A stretch of DNA of 64,000 bases from the NCBI RefSeq assembly GCF_009914755.1, contig NC_060947.1; one strand, 5' to 3'. Of this stretch, positions 40,352 to 63,640 are shown in pieces. A program made the translations under genes and the position numbers. Every line of letters starts with the position of its first letter. The stretch's first letter is position 1. This stretch comes from the human T2T-CHM13v2.0 reference genome, Homo sapiens. The notes beneath the pieces are model-generated. The model saw only the letters and a program-made list of their open reading frames with translations, did not search any database and had not been told where the DNA came from.

Positions 40352-40688
40352 TTGGTTTTTTGTTAGTTTGTTTGTTTGTTTATTTTTGAGACACAGTATA
40401 GCTTAGTCACCCAGGCTGGAGTGTAGTGGTGCGATCTCAGCTCACTGCAACCTCCGCCTCCCAAGTTCAAGCAATTCTCCTGTCTCAGCCTCCTGAGTAG
40501 CTGGGATTACAGGCCACCATGCCCAGCTAATTTCTTTCTTTCTTTTTTTTTTTTTTTTTTTTTTTTTTAGTAGAGACAGGGCTTCACCATGTTGGCCAGG
40601 CTGGTCTCAAACTCCTGGTCTCAAGTGGTTCGCATGCCTTGGCCTCCCAAAGTGCTGGGGTTACAGGCATGAGACACTGTGCCTGGCC
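40352..40688 (-). mobile_element. Alu with expanded middle T-tract
   Basis: Alu consensus motifs. Confidence 0.92.
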
Positions 40689-40818
40689 TGTTGTCTTTTG
40701 GATAAAATCATTAGCCGTGGGTACAACCTGAAAGCACAGAGTTGTATTGAAAGGCAGCCATGAAGCCCACTCAATTCATTTGACTCTCTTGCCTGTTAAA
40801 ACTATTTGTGGAAATTTC

Positions 40819-41436
<618 letters not shown>

Positions 41437-41579
41437 ACTTTTGTGGAAATTTTAGTTTACTTTAATATATTTATGTCACTGTGGAATGTAACTCTGTTAC
41501 CTTTATATTTAAAAATTGGTTGAATCAATGAATATAGCAGAAACTAGTAGAAAATGTATTATTTTGAAACAAGGCAGCT

Positions 41580-44220
<2,641 letters not shown>

Positions 44221-44810
44221 TGTGCCGGGAGGTTTCTAAGATAGCCCTCGGTGATCCCTGCCTCCTGGTATTCAACCACTTGTGGAATCACCTCCCCTGG
44301 AGTGTGAGTTGGATTTAGTGAATCACTTCTAATGACAGAATACAGCAAAAGTTATGGGATGTTACTTCCGAGATTAGGTTATAAGATGACTCTGGCTTCT
44401 AGTCTCTCTCTTCCTCCCTCCCCTTGCCCTACCCACTCCTCCCTTTCTCTCTCTCTCTCCCCCTCCCATCCTCCCTCTCAGTAGCTGAGGGAAGCTAGAT
44501 GCCCTTATGGAGAGACCCACATGGCAAGGAGCTGAGAGAGCCTTCTGGCCACAGCCATTGAGCAACTGAGGTCTTCAGTCAACGCCCCTTGAAGAAATAA
44601 ATCCTACCAACAACCACATGAGTGTGCTTGGAAGCAGAGCCTCCCTCAGTTGAAGCTTCAGATTTTAGCTTTGTGAGAGACTCTGAGCCAGAGACACCCA
44701 GCTAAGCCATGCCCAGATTCCTGCCACATAAAAACTGAGATAATAGATGTGTATTGTGTTAAGCTGCTGAGTTTTGGGGGTAAATTGTCACACAGAAAAA
44801 GATACTAACA
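44221..44810 (+). mobile_element. MLT1 (MaLR) solo LTR, MLT1F-like
   Basis: TG start; gatccctgcctcctggtattc, cttccgagattaggttataag, cccagctaagccatgcccagattcctg, end actaaca. Confidence 0.75.
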
Positions 44811-44813
44811 CTT

Positions 44814-45120
<307 letters not shown>

Positions 45121-45451
45121 GAAATAAATACTGAAAAAGTAATCAATCTCCCATGTCCATTGCCACCCCTCCCTGACAGCTCTGTTCTCCCTGCCTGGGT
45201 GCCTCTGATTCTCCATAACCAGCCTCCCTGCCTCATGGATTCCCTCTGCAGCCTGCTCAGACTCTGGCTCCCTACATCACCTCTCCCCCATGTGTATGAC
45301 CTCCTCGTTCCACTCAGGCTCCAACAGCCCATGCCATGCCACTCCATCATGCGGATGTCCTTGTTAGCCCTCTGAGGCTCTGACTTCCCACACCAGGCTG
45401 CCCCTCCACAGGGATGCCTTCACCAACTTGCTTGACTCTGATCCCTCATAG

Positions 45452-46335
<884 letters not shown>

Positions 46336-46859
46336 TTATCTGAACTGGCATATCTAAATAGGGAGCATTTCCACCTTCAAAATGCAAATCTTCTCTTTCA
46401 CTCTCACTGACAGTTAGGGACTTATATCCTTGGTCAGTGAGTTGTAATATAGAGAACTATAAAGAGGAAAAAAAGGAAGTATTTATAGGAATATGCTTTC
46501 CAACAGCTTGTGACAAGGATGGGCATTTAAACTGTAGACATACAGGAACTTTTCCAAAAAGGGTTCCTTTGCTCTTTGTTAAGTTCCAGATGCATAAAAA
46601 TCTAACTGAGAAGGGGTCATTTCTTTCTTAGCCCATTTTTTAGCTTTCAGGTTACAGTATGTGGTCATACGTGTATTTATTCTACCTGGAGCTCAAGCTA
46701 GTCTGGCTTTATGTCTCTCTGTCCCTTAGGGTAATATTTATACTTAACGTTTATAAGGTACTTTATGTGACTCTCTTAATTCATCCAGTCCATATAATAG
46801 CATTAGGAGTTTGCTATTTCTGCCCCTGTTTAACATATGAGGGAAAACTGAACCCCTAA

Positions 46860-47242
<383 letters not shown>

Positions 47243-47721
47243 AGAAATCTTTCCACTTTATTCTACTGCCTCTCTGGGTTCTTCTCTTTCAAAGAAGTAT
47301 TCTTGAAAGCTTAAGTTCCCCTTCCAAGTTGGAGCCTGAATATATTGAAACCCCTGCCCAAGCTGCCTGGTAGACTATATTTAGCCAGGCCAAATCAGCT
47401 CTTTAGAAGTGAATTGTGCTTGAATTTCCCTGCAGCTCTTTATTGCATCATCAAAAATTTTTTTAAAGTCTTGGGGATATTAAGATTATTACTCTTACTG
47501 AAAAAATTAACATAGCAATAAACTGATATATTAAGCAAAAAAATCCAACACCTTCATCACTATGTTGAGAACTGGTTTTGCTGTTAAGTGGTTAGGATTA
47601 ATTTAAGAAGATAAAACAGATGCCACTGAAATAAATTAAATGTCCTCCAAAGAAGACTGGTTAAATAAATAGCAGTACAAGGAAATACTCTATAGGTGTT
47701 TGAAAAGAATGAGGCAGATCA

Positions 47722-48057
<336 letters not shown>

Positions 48058-49239
48058 CTAGCTACATTGTTAAGTAAATACAAATACAAATAAAAAACAG
48101 TGTGAACAGTATCCTGTCATTTGTAAAATACATTCATATATACACATATATATATACATGAATTTGTATGTGGATAGAATAATAGAATTTCTCCAGAGGA
48201 ATACACACAAAAAATGAAATAGTGGATACTTCTGTAGAGAGTAAATGGGTGACAAAGGTGGGGAAGAAATATACTTTTCACTGTCTCTTTACATCATTTT
48301 TTTCGTACCATTTGCATTTTTGCCAAAGGCCTGTATTGCCTATTAAAAATAATTTTAGTTGTATAGTGCTTTACAATTTTAAAATATTGTTTAATATATA
48401 ATTTTATTGAATATATATGCAATCCAAAGTAGTAAGTATTATGCCTTTCTCATAGAGATCTTCAAACTGGTTCCAATCTCCACCCTACTTTTCAGCTTTC
48501 CCTCTCTTCACTCGCTGCATGCTCCAGCCACATCTTAGAGAAGATTGATCTCCACTTTCCCTCTCTCCTTGCCAGCATGGCTCCAGCTCCACTCTCTTAC
48601 TCGCTTCTAATTAATGTAACTAGGCATTGTGTTCTATAATTACAGGGCTTGTCAGTGAAATCAATAGTTACCTCCCATATGACAATGACATTTTAGCTTC
48701 ATCAATCTCCTTGGAGCCCAGTAGCTTCTCTGAGCCAACAAAACCCCCAAGATTATTAACATATCCCTTTGCTCTCACTCATCTTCATGCATGTGTATAA
48801 ATCAGCAGATTCTCAATCCACAATTTCATACACCCTGCCGATGATTATTTGGTGATAAAATGACAATCAAATTTATATTTTAATGGCTTTATTGAGGTGT
48901 AATTTACATACCACAAAATCCACTATTGTACATGTACAGTTCTATGATTTTTAGTAAATATAAAGAGTTGTGCAACCTCAAAGGCATAGTTTTTCATGAT
49001 AATCTTAAGAATCTAACTTAAAATAACCTAGATTATAATAGGTTTCTGACATACTCAGTTTCTTTCCTCTGACTTCAACTCTCAAGTGTGTTCCCTGCCT
49101 TACTTTTCAATGGAAGACACCTAATTATATTGTTTCCTTAAAATTACAGCATGTGAGACTTGGAAGGGCCCTTAGAAATCAACTACAGATAGGAAACTTA
49201 GATCCAGATAGGACATATGATTTGCCCAGAGACATATAA

Positions 49240-49686
<447 letters not shown>

Positions 49687-50490
49687 TGATGATGGGAAAA
49701 GGGCTTGGCTTGAGGGTGGGTCTAGAGAACAGGTAGGAGATATAAACTCTTTTCCTTTACATTCCTTCTGGATGAATTTCTTTCTTAGTATTTAGGACAA
49801 CTAACGGAGAAGATAGGTTCCTTTCTGTCTAAAGAAGGATCTTATGATTATCTGTCAATAGTACCTATCATTATTATTACTCTTATTATTATTGTATTTT
49901 CTCCAGCGTATGTTAGCAAGATGTGAAGGTGGTATGAAACTGTAGCCAAGAAACCACATAGGCACCGCTTCCTGCTTTTGCCTAAAACTGTGCTAAAATT
50001 AGCCCCTAATCCCCACGGATTTGAGCCAGGGAAAGCAATGTAGCTTCTCATCTTGTTTTTCTAGCAATCAGTAAGTTGCTAGACAGTTGTAAGTTAAACA
50101 ACTGATGATAAAGAGAGAAATAAATTGTATATATTTGTGTGATGAGAACTAAAAATGCTCTCTGTCACCAACTATAGTGTTACTTGGTGTCACCATAGTA
50201 GGAGGGACCAGGCCAACAATTTTGAGATGCTGAATATGGCATTCTGAACTTAACGAGAAAACTCCAAAATACTCAGATTGACATGGAATCACCATCAACT
50301 ACTTTTAAATTTTTTATTAGAACCTTACCTCCCTTTTGAGTACAACACCAGAAAAAAAAGAAAGAAAGAAAGAAATCATATCTCCCCCTTAAAAACCATC
50401 TTCCCCCACCCCCAGTAATTCCTATTCTAAGAATATATCCTAAGAAAAAGCAGAGATTCATGTACAAAGAAATTCATCACTGTTTTTTCC

Positions 50491-50783
50491 TTTTTTTTTT
50501 TTTTTTTAGAGACAAAGTCCCACTCTGTCGCCCAGGCTGTGGTGCAGTGGAGTGATCGCTGTGATCTCAAACTCCTGGGCTCAGATCCTCCTGCCTCAGC
50601 CTCCTGAGTAGCTGGAACTACAGGCACACGTCACCATGCCTAGCCAGTTAAAAAAAAATTGGGGGTAGCAACAGGGTCTTGCTATGTTACCCACACTGGT
50701 CTCAAACTCCAAGCCTTAAGTAATCCTCCCACCTCAGCCTCCCAAAGTGTTGGGATTACAGGCATGAGCCACCACACCTGGCC
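50491..50783 (-). mobile_element. Alu (AluJ-like)
   Basis: Alu motifs with internal deletion. Confidence 0.9.
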
Positions 50784-50970
50784 CCCATCACAATTTTTAT
50801 AAGAGTAAAACATTGGAAATAATTTAAAACAATTGAGGGTGCTTAAATGAAATACAATAACTCCATAAAAGGGAATTGTATGCAGCCATGAAAAATCACC
50901 ATCTCAAAAAAATCTTTTCAAAAATTTTTATCATTTGTAACAGTTTTCTGAGATAATAATTTGTATACCA

Positions 50971-51023
50971 TAAAATTCACTAATTTAAAGTGTAAAATTC
51001 ACTAATTTAAAGTGTAAAATTCA
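50971..51023. repeat. 22-bp tandem duplication (taaaattcactaatttaaagtg x2) in an L1 fragment
   Basis: Exact duplicated unit. Confidence 0.85.
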
Positions 51024-51351
51024 AAGGTTTTCAGTACATTTACAGAGTTATTAAACTATCACCACAATCTAATTTCAGAACATTTTTATCGCCCCAAAAG
51101 AGTGTTCGTACCCCTTAGCAGTCACTCCTCACACTCTCAACCTATAAATTGATAAGAAAAATGCAAATGATCCAAAAGAAGATTGGACAAAGGAAAGTAA
51201 GTCACAGAAGGAGACATGCAAATGAATATAAATATTAAAATATATTTATATTTACAAGTGATAAAGGAAATGGAAATAAACACAGTGAGATACCATTTTT
51301 CCATTTACTATTTTCATCAGCAAAAATGAGAAACACTGGTAACATCCGCTA

Positions 51352-51700
<349 letters not shown>

Positions 51701-52519
51701 CTATGAATTGTTAAAACCTTTTTGGAAAATAATCCAGCACCATTTAACTTTTTTAAAGCACATACCATTGGGGCCAGGAACCCCACTTCGGGAATTTATC
51801 CTATAGAAATTAAAATACCAGAATGTAAAGATAGATGTACAAAACCATAGGAATAGCGAGTTACAGAGCCATGTGTGTAGTATGATAGCATCTTTATGCC
51901 AGTAACTGTTCTTCACATAAAAAATGCATGCCTGCTTTCAGTCCTCCCAGAAACCCTATGACTGCAGACAATATTCTTACTCTCCAGAGGGGAAACTGGG
52001 GCTCAGAGAAATGAAGCAATGTACTTTAGGTCTTACACAGTTACCAAATGGCAGAGCTAGCATTCCAATCCAGGTCCATCTGGTCCCCCAAACCAAGATA
52101 TCTGCCAAGGATGATAACTTTCTGGTTAGAGTACCTGAAACTCCCTCAGTAGAGGTGGGACTAATCTTTCAGGATGTCATTTTTAAGAGTGCAAAGTGAA
52201 TTCACGTCTCAATGAAAGGGATAGAAGTTTGTAATGCTGGAATTTGGTGAGAGAATAGTTAGTAGTGGAAAAGGGTTGTGGGGAACATGAAAAACTCAAT
52301 AATTAAAATTCATTTATTCATTTATCTAACAAATATTTATTAGCATTTACTATGTAACAGGTACTGTTTAAAGCATTGAAGGATTTATCAATGAATAAAA
52401 CAGAAAAATCCCTTCCCTTGGAAATTTACATGGGGGGAGGGGGCTGAAGCAGACAATAAACAAATTACATATGAAAATAACATATGAGATGGCGAATAGT
52501 GTTATAAAGGGATATCCTT

Positions 52520-52862
52520 TCAAGTTCACATAGTTGTTAACGGAATTTGCTTCCTTGCAGCTGTAGAATTCATGAAAATTTGCTTCTTTCAGGCTAACAA
52601 GAGAGAGTAGATCTGTGATCTCTAGACTTCGTTTTAAAGAGCTCACCTGATTAGGTCAGGCTTGCCCTGGGTAATTTTCCATTTGATTAACTCAAAGTTA
52701 ACTTCTAACTAAGGACCTTAATTACATCTACAAAAATTTCTTTACCTTTACCACATAACAATCTAATCACCAGAGTGACATCCGTCATATTCACAGGTTT
52801 CACCCTCACTCAAAGGAAGGGGATTATTCATGGTATGTACACCAGGGGGCAGGAATCACGGG
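52520..52862 (-). mobile_element. MLT1-type LTR fragment
   Basis: ctcacctgattaggtcaggc...gaccttaattacatctacaaaa...catattcacagg. Confidence 0.6.
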
Positions 52863-52864
52863 AG

Positions 52865-54000
<1,136 letters not shown>

Positions 54001-54731
54001 CTGTGGCAATTGTCCTCTGATACTCTGATTTTTAGGGCAAACCGAAAGTGTCTCCTGCATTCTCCCACACTGCCTGGAGTGTCAGCATGAGATTACTTTC
54101 AGGTGTTCCCGCAAAACAGGCACATTTTATGTACCACTTGTACCACTTAAGAGGGGATTTTAGTAGCTTTGTGTTTAACATTTATTAGAAGAAGGTAACT
54201 AGTACACCTAATGCATGATTTTTCAGATATAATTGCAATTTTAAAATGTAAACAAAAGAAAAGTGTTAGCTAAAGTACAGAAGAGGTTGAAGGGATATAG
54301 CAAAACTTTTAGTCAGTTGTGAATAACTGACCCTTGAGAGAATGTCTTAAGGTACTGGATCTGCTGGAGTCCCTCTTTAAGAGCAGACATCTCTGAGATA
54401 ACACATTTAGTCAGCTTCATTCCTGAAATTCTACTGTGAATGAAACTGAGACATATCAGGACTGAAAGGAATCCCCCAGGGTCTGCTAGTTTACATTCAA
54501 GGATAAAGAACTCTATACCACTGAAGACTGAGACAGTTTCTTTCATCCTGAGGGGCCTCTGACTAAAAGCAAAACAAAAATACAACAAATTGAAAAGGCA
54601 AAATTTCTTATATAACCACACAGTGAATATAAACAGAAAGCCTAGAGCCATGCATTATGGGAGATGCCACAGGGAAAGGAGTCTGTAGATGATTGAGAAA
54701 AAGGGTTTCTCCAGGTAGAGAGATAGGAAAT

Positions 54732-55573
54732 TGTGGTAGACAGAATAATGAATCCTCGAAGATGTCTATGTCTTAAACCCCTGGAAGCTGTGAATATGTT
54801 ACCTTACATGGCAAAAAGGACTTTGCAGATGGGATTAGTTAAGGATCCTGAGATGGGAAGATTATCCCGGATTATCCAGATGGGCCCAGTGTAATCACAG
54901 GGGTCCCTGTAAGAGGGAGGCAGGAGGATCAAAGTCAGGGAAGATGTGATGACAGAAGCAAAGGTTGCAGTGATGTGCTCTGTAGATGGAGAATACAGTC
55001 ACAAGCAAGAAATTCAGACGGCCTCTGGAAATGGCAAGAAAACAAATTCTCCCTTAGGGCTTCTAGAAGGAACACAGTCCTGCTGTGATATGGTTTGGCT
55101 CTGTGTCTCTACTCAAATCTCATGTTGAATTGTAATCCCCAGTGTTGGGGGAGGGACCTGGTGGGAGGTGATTGGATCATGGGGGTGGATTCCCCCCCTG
55201 CTGTTCTCATGGTAGTGAGTTCTCACGAGATCTGGTTGTTTAAAACTGTGTAGCACCTCCCCCTTCACTCTCTCTCCTGTCACCATGTGAAGGTGTGCTT
55301 GCTTCCCCTTCATATTTTGCCATGATTATAAGTTTCCTGAGGCCTACCCAGCCATGGCTCCTGTATAGCCTGCAGAACTGTGAGTCAATTAAATCTCTTT
55401 TCTTTATAAAGTCTCAGGTAGTTTTTTTATAGCAATGTGAGAATGGACTAATACATACTGACAGCTTGATTGTAAAACTTTTGGCCTCTAGAACTGTCAG
55501 ATAGTAAGTCTGCATTATTTTAAGCCACTAAATTTGTGTTAGTTTATTAGAGTGGCAATAGGAAATTAATACA
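54732..55573 (+). mobile_element. MLT1C/D-like solo LTR with nested MST LTR
   Basis: tgtggtagacagaataatg...gttaccttacatggcaaaaaggactttgcagatg ... ttttaagccactaaatttgtg...aattaataca. Confidence 0.8.
55086..55455 (+). mobile_element. MSTA-like MaLR solo LTR
   Basis: tgatatggtttggctctgtgtc ... gaatggactaataca; 5-bp TSD tgctg/tactg. Confidence 0.88.
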
Positions 55574-56624
55574 GACATGATGGAAACTTAGAATGCCAGG
55601 TTTGAAAAGGCTTTCTGGCAAAGCCTCCTGTCTGGCCTGTTGATTCCTGGAAGATGGGAGTGAAACAGATCCGAATTCATAGCATATTTTCTTTATTGTT
55701 CTTGTGGCTCTTGGCATATGTTTCTCTGTATTAATATTAGTTATCTTCCCATTAGATGTACGCTACTTGTGGGCAGATTCAGTTAGCATATAGCACAGGA
55801 CCTTGCCCATCTAACAGGCAAGCAGCAATGATGCTTTGCAATTGCATAATTTTAGCTGGAGTTTCTAAAAGGCTTTCACATATGACCCTACAGGCATCAA
55901 CATAAACTGAAAATAGAAGGGCAGGAATTATAGAAGGTGTCACAGATTGGAGAGAGGAAGTTCCCAGAAGAGACTGTAAAAGAGACACTTGGAGTGAGAA
56001 AGAGAGGAAAGGGGACAAATGCCAAGGAAAGGAAATGAGTTTTCCTTACCCAGGAAAAATTGGCGAAGGCTCACAACCTTTGACTCTTATCTTGAAAGCA
56101 AGCCAGGAGGCCTATGCAGGAGTGAGAGAAGCCACAAATCACTACATGGCCCGTGGAAGTAGAGCAGGTTGGATCCCAGCTGAGGGTCCCATCCAGCATC
56201 CTGACCCCCACTCCTATCCTAGCCAGTCTGACTGGCAGGAATGCAAAAGGGATGTTTCCTGCCTGCCTCAAGAGTTTGGTAACTCTTCCATTAGGTAGCT
56301 GGTTAGATCTGGAGGAGAAAGCTACATAACCCACTTGGGGTTTCAGAGGGAGCCAAAGTCAACTTCTTCAGCACAATGCCAGGCAAGCTAGACAGATGGC
56401 AGCAGAGGAGCTATCAGCTCCTGAATTTCAAAGACCAGCCAAGGGGAGAGACAGAGCTTGGCCACCATGGAAATAGAGAAGCCCAAGAAGATAGGGGACC
56501 CATAATTTTCAGGCCTAGTAATTCTCAATGTCCATGTATAGTCCACTCATGTGACTTAATGTCTTATGGGCAGTATTTTTCAGTCAATTATGCCTTGTAA
56601 AACAACTCTGGGAAGAGGAACTAT

Positions 56625-58920
<2,296 letters not shown>

Positions 58921-58924
58921 TTTT

Positions 58925-60388
58925 TTAAAAAATTTATTTTTAATTTTGTGGTTATATAATAGGTTTATATATTTATGGGGTACATGAGATATTGTGATAC
59001 AGGCATGCCATGTGTAATAATCACACCAGGGTAAAAGGAGCATCCATCCCCTCAAGCATTTATCCTTTCTTTGTCTTACAAACAACCCAATTATTCTCTT
59101 TTAGTTATTTTAAAATATACAATTATTGTTGACTGTAGTCACCCTATTGTGCTCTCAAATACTAGATCTCATTCATTCTATCTAATTATCTTTTTGTACC
59201 CATTAACCATCCCCTCTTCCCCTCCAACATTACCCTTCCCAGCCTCTGGTGATCATCCTTCTACTCTCTATCTCCATGAGTTCAATTGGTTTAATTTTTA
59301 GCTCCCACACATAAGTGAGAACATGTGAGGTTTGTCTCTGTGTACCTGGCTTATTGCACTTAACATAATGTCCTCCAGTTCCATCCATGTTGTTGCAAAT
59401 GACAGGATCTCATCCTTTCTTATGACTGAATATTACTCCATTGTGTATAAGCACCACATTTTCTGTATCCATTCATCTACTGATGGATACCTAGGTTGTT
59501 TCCAAATCTTGGCTTATTGTGAATAGTGCTGCAATAAACATGAGAGTGCAGATATCTCTTTGATATACTGATTTCCTTTCTTCTGGGTATATACCTAGTA
59601 GTGGGACTGTTGAATCACATAGAAGTTCTATTTTTAGTTTTTTGAGGAACCTCCATAGTGATTGTGCTAATTCACATTCCCACCAACAGTGTACAATGGT
59701 TCCCTTTTCTCCACATCATTGCCAATATTTGTTATTGCCTGTCTTTTGAATAAAAGCCATTTTAACTGGAATGGTATATCATCTCACCCCAGTTTTGATT
59801 TGCATTTCTCTGATGATCAGTGATGTTCAGCACTGTTTCATGTACCTGCTTGCCATTTGTATGTCTTCTTTTGATGTTTATTCAGATCTTTTGCCCGTTT
59901 TAAAATCAGATTATTAGATTTTTTTTTCCTATAGAGTTGTTTGAGCCCCTTGTATATTCTGGTTATTAATCCCTTTTAGATAAATAGTTTGCAAATATAT
60001 TCTCATTCTGTGGGTTATTTCTTCACTTTGTTGTTTCCTTTGCCAGGCAGAAGCTTTTAACTTGGTGTGATCCCATTTGTCCATTTTTGCTTTGGTTGCC
60101 TGTGCTTGCGGGGTATTACTCAAGAAATCTTTGCCTAGTCCAATGTCCTGGAGAGTTTCCCCGATGTTTTCTTGTAGTAGTTTCATAGTTTGAGGTCTTA
60201 TATTTAAGCCTTTAATCCCTTTTGTTTTTTCATATGGTGAGAGATAGGACTCTAGTTTCATTCTTCTGCATATGGATATCCAGTGTTCTCAGCACAATTT
60301 ATTGAAGAGACTGCCCTTTCCCTAGCGTACGTTCTTGGCAACTTTGTAAAAAATGAGTTCAGTGTAGATGTGTGGATTTGTTTCTGGG
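58925..60388 (-). mobile_element. L1MA (L1MA1-3-like) 3' portion
   Basis: 3' end tatttatggggtacatgagata...tccatcccctcaagcatttatcc; ORF2 remnant LLQENIGETLQDIGLGKDFL..TPQAQATKAKMDKWD. Confidence 0.88.
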
Positions 60389-60389
60389 T

Positions 60390-61263
60390 TAAACAAATTT
60401 TCAAGAGAAAAACAACCTCATTGAAAAGTGGGCAAAGGACATGAACAGATGCTTTACAGAAGAAGACATACATGCGGCCAACAAGAATATGAAAAAAATC
60501 TCAATATCACTGATCATTAGAGAAATGCAAATCAAAATCACAATGAGATACCATCTCATGCCAGTCAAAATGGCTATTACTAAAAAGTCAAAAAATAACA
60601 GGTGCTGGCAAGGTTGTGGAGAAAAGGGAACACTCATACATTTGTTGGTGGGAGTGTAAACTAGTTCAACCATTGTGAAAAGTATCCTGGAGATTTCTCA
60701 AAGAACTAAAACAGAACTACCATTTGATCCAGCAATCACATTACTGGTATATACCCAGAGGAATACAAATCATTCTACCATAAAGACACATGCACACAAA
60801 TGTTCATTGCAGCACTATTCACAATAGCAAAGACATGGAATCAACCTAAAGGCCCATCATTGGCAGACTGGATTAAGAAAATGTGGTACATATACACCGT
60901 GGAATACTATGCAGCCATAAAAAAAGAACAGTATCATGTCTTTTGTGGGAACATGGATGGAGCTGGAAGCTATTATTCTTAGCGAACTAACGTAGGAACA
61001 GAAAACCAAATACTACATGTTCCCACTTATTAGTGGGAGCTAAATGATGAGAACTCATGAAAACAAAGAAGGGAACAACAGACACTGGGTGCTCCTTGAG
61101 AGTGGAGGTTGGGAGGATGGAGAGGAACAGAAGAGATAACTATTGGGTACTGGATTTAATACCTGTGTGATTAAATAATCTCTACAACAAACCCCCATGA
61201 CACAAGTTTACCTATGTAAAAAACCTTCACATGTACCCCTAAACCTAAAATAAAAGTTAAAAA
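60390..61263 (+). mobile_element. L1PA15-17/L1PB-like 3' fragment
   Basis: ORF2 C-terminal remnants ([30 protein letters not shown]) and 3' end aaacccccatgacacaagtttacc...aaaataaaagttaaaa. Confidence 0.88.
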
Positions 61264-61264
61264 C

Positions 61265-63640
61265 AGAATATATCATTATTAACTATAGTCATCACATCGT
61301 GCAATAGATCTCTTGAATTTATTCCTCTTATCTAACTGAAATTTTGTATCCTTTGACCAACATCTTCCTCAACCCCTTCACTGCCCCCAGTCCCTGGTAA
61401 CCACCATTTTATTCTCTACTTCTATGTGTTCAAATGTTTAAGATTCCACATATAAGTGAGATCACATGGTCTTTGTCTTTCTGTGCCTGGCTTATTTCAC
61501 TTAACATGTTTTCCAGTTTTACCCATGTTGTCACAAATGACACGATTTCCTTCCTTTTTAAGGCGGAATAGTATTTCGTTGTGTACGTATACCACATTTT
61601 CTTTATCCATTCATCTGTTGTTGAACTCTTAGATTATTTCCATATCTTGGCTATTGTAAATAATGCTGCAATGAACATAGGAGTGCAGATATCTCTTCAA
61701 TACACTAATTGTATTTTCTTTGGGTATATACCCAGTAGTGGGATGGCTAGATCATATGGTAAAAATTTTACTTTTAATTCTTCGAAAAATCTCCATACTG
61801 TTTTCAATAATAGCTGTACTAATTTACATTCCCATTAACAATGTACACGGGTTCCCTTTCTCCACATCCTCACAAACACTTGTTTTTTGTTTTTTGTTTT
61901 GTCTTTTTGATAATAGCCATTCTAACAGGTGTGAGGTAATAGCACATTGTGGTTTTAATTTGCATTTCTCTGACAATTAGTGATGCTTAGCATTTTTCAT
62001 ATACCTGTTCATCATTTGCATGTTTTCTTTTGAGAAACATCTATTGAGGTCCTTTGCCCAGGTTTTTTGTATTCCTGTATTTTTGTATTCTTTAATCAGG
62101 TTATTTGTATTCTTGCTGCTGAGTTATTTTAGTTTCTCATATATTTTGGCTATTAACCCCTTATAGGACATACGCTTTGCAAATGTTTTCTCTCATTACA
62201 TACATTATCTTTTCACTCTGTTTATTGTTTCCTTTGCTGTACAGGAGCTTTTCGGTTTGATGTAATCCCATTTGCCTATCTTCACTTTTATTGCCTATGT
62301 TTTTCAGGTCATATGCAAAAATAATTGCCTAGACCAATGTCATGGTTATTTCCCCTGTTTTCTTCTAGTAGTTTCATAGTATCAGTTCTTACATTTAACA
62401 CTTTACTCCATTCTGAGTTGATTTTGTATATAGCGTGAGACAAGGATCTAATTTCATTCTTTTGTACATAAATAATTGTTCAAACACCAATTATTAAAGA
62501 GACTCTCCTTTCCTGCTTTCCCCATTATGCTTTTCCCCATTTCCCCCATTGTATGTTCTTAGCACCTTTGTCAAAATCAATTGACCATAAATGGGTGGAT
62601 TTATTTCAGGGCTCCGTATTCTGTTCTATTGGTCTATGTGTCTGTTTCTATGCCAGTATCACGCTGTTTTGATTACTATCGCTATATAGTAGATTTTGAA
62701 GTGAGGTAGTGTGATGCCTCCAGGTTTGTTCTTTTTCAAGATTGTTTTGGCAGTTTGGGGTCTTGTGGTTTCATACAAATTTTAGGATTGCTTTTTCTAT
62801 TTTAGTGAAAAATGTCTGAAATTTTGATAGACATTTCACTGAATCAATAGATTGCTTTGGGTAGTATAGATATTTTAACAATATTAATTTTCCAACCTGT
62901 GAACATGGAATATCTTTCCATTTATTTGTGTCTTTTTCCATTTCTTTTATTAAAATTTTATAGTTTTTGGTATACAGGTTTTTCACGTCCTTAGTTAGAT
63001 TTATTCCTAAGTATTTTTTGTAGCTATTGTAAATGGAATTATTTTCTTGATTTCTTTATTGGATAGTTTGCTGTTAGTATATAGAAATACTACCGAATTT
63101 TTGTATGTTGATTTTGCATCCTACAACTTTGCTGAACTTATTTGTTCTAACAGGATTTTTTGGCAGAATCTTTAGGGTTTTCTACACATAAGATCATGTC
63201 ATCTACAAACAGGGACAATTTCATTTAACTTCTTCCTTTCTAATTTGGATGTCTTTCTTTCTCTTGCCTAATTGCTCTAACTAGGGTGTCCAGTGCTATG
63301 CTGAATAGAAGTGATAAAAGTAGTCATTCTTGTCTTGTTTCTAATCTTAGTGGAAGAGCTTTTAACTTGCCACTATTGAGTATGATGTTACCTGTGGGTT
63401 TGTCATTCATGGCTTTTATTATGTTGAAGTACATTTCTTCTATATCTAATTTTCCAGAGTTTTTTTAATCATGAAAGGATGTTTTCAAGCAATTTTGTTA
63501 AATGCTTTTCTGAATCTATTGAGATATCATATGGTTTTTGCGCTTCATTCTGTTAATGTAGTGTACCACATTTATAGGTTTGTGTATGTTGAACTATCCT
63601 TGCATCCCTGGAATAAATCCCACTGATCATGGTAATGATC
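61265..63640 (-). mobile_element. L1MA (L1MA4-6-like) fragment
   Basis: ttattaactatagtcatcac...aatagatctcttgaa; antisense ORF2 remnant KDTNKWKDIPCS. Confidence 0.85.
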
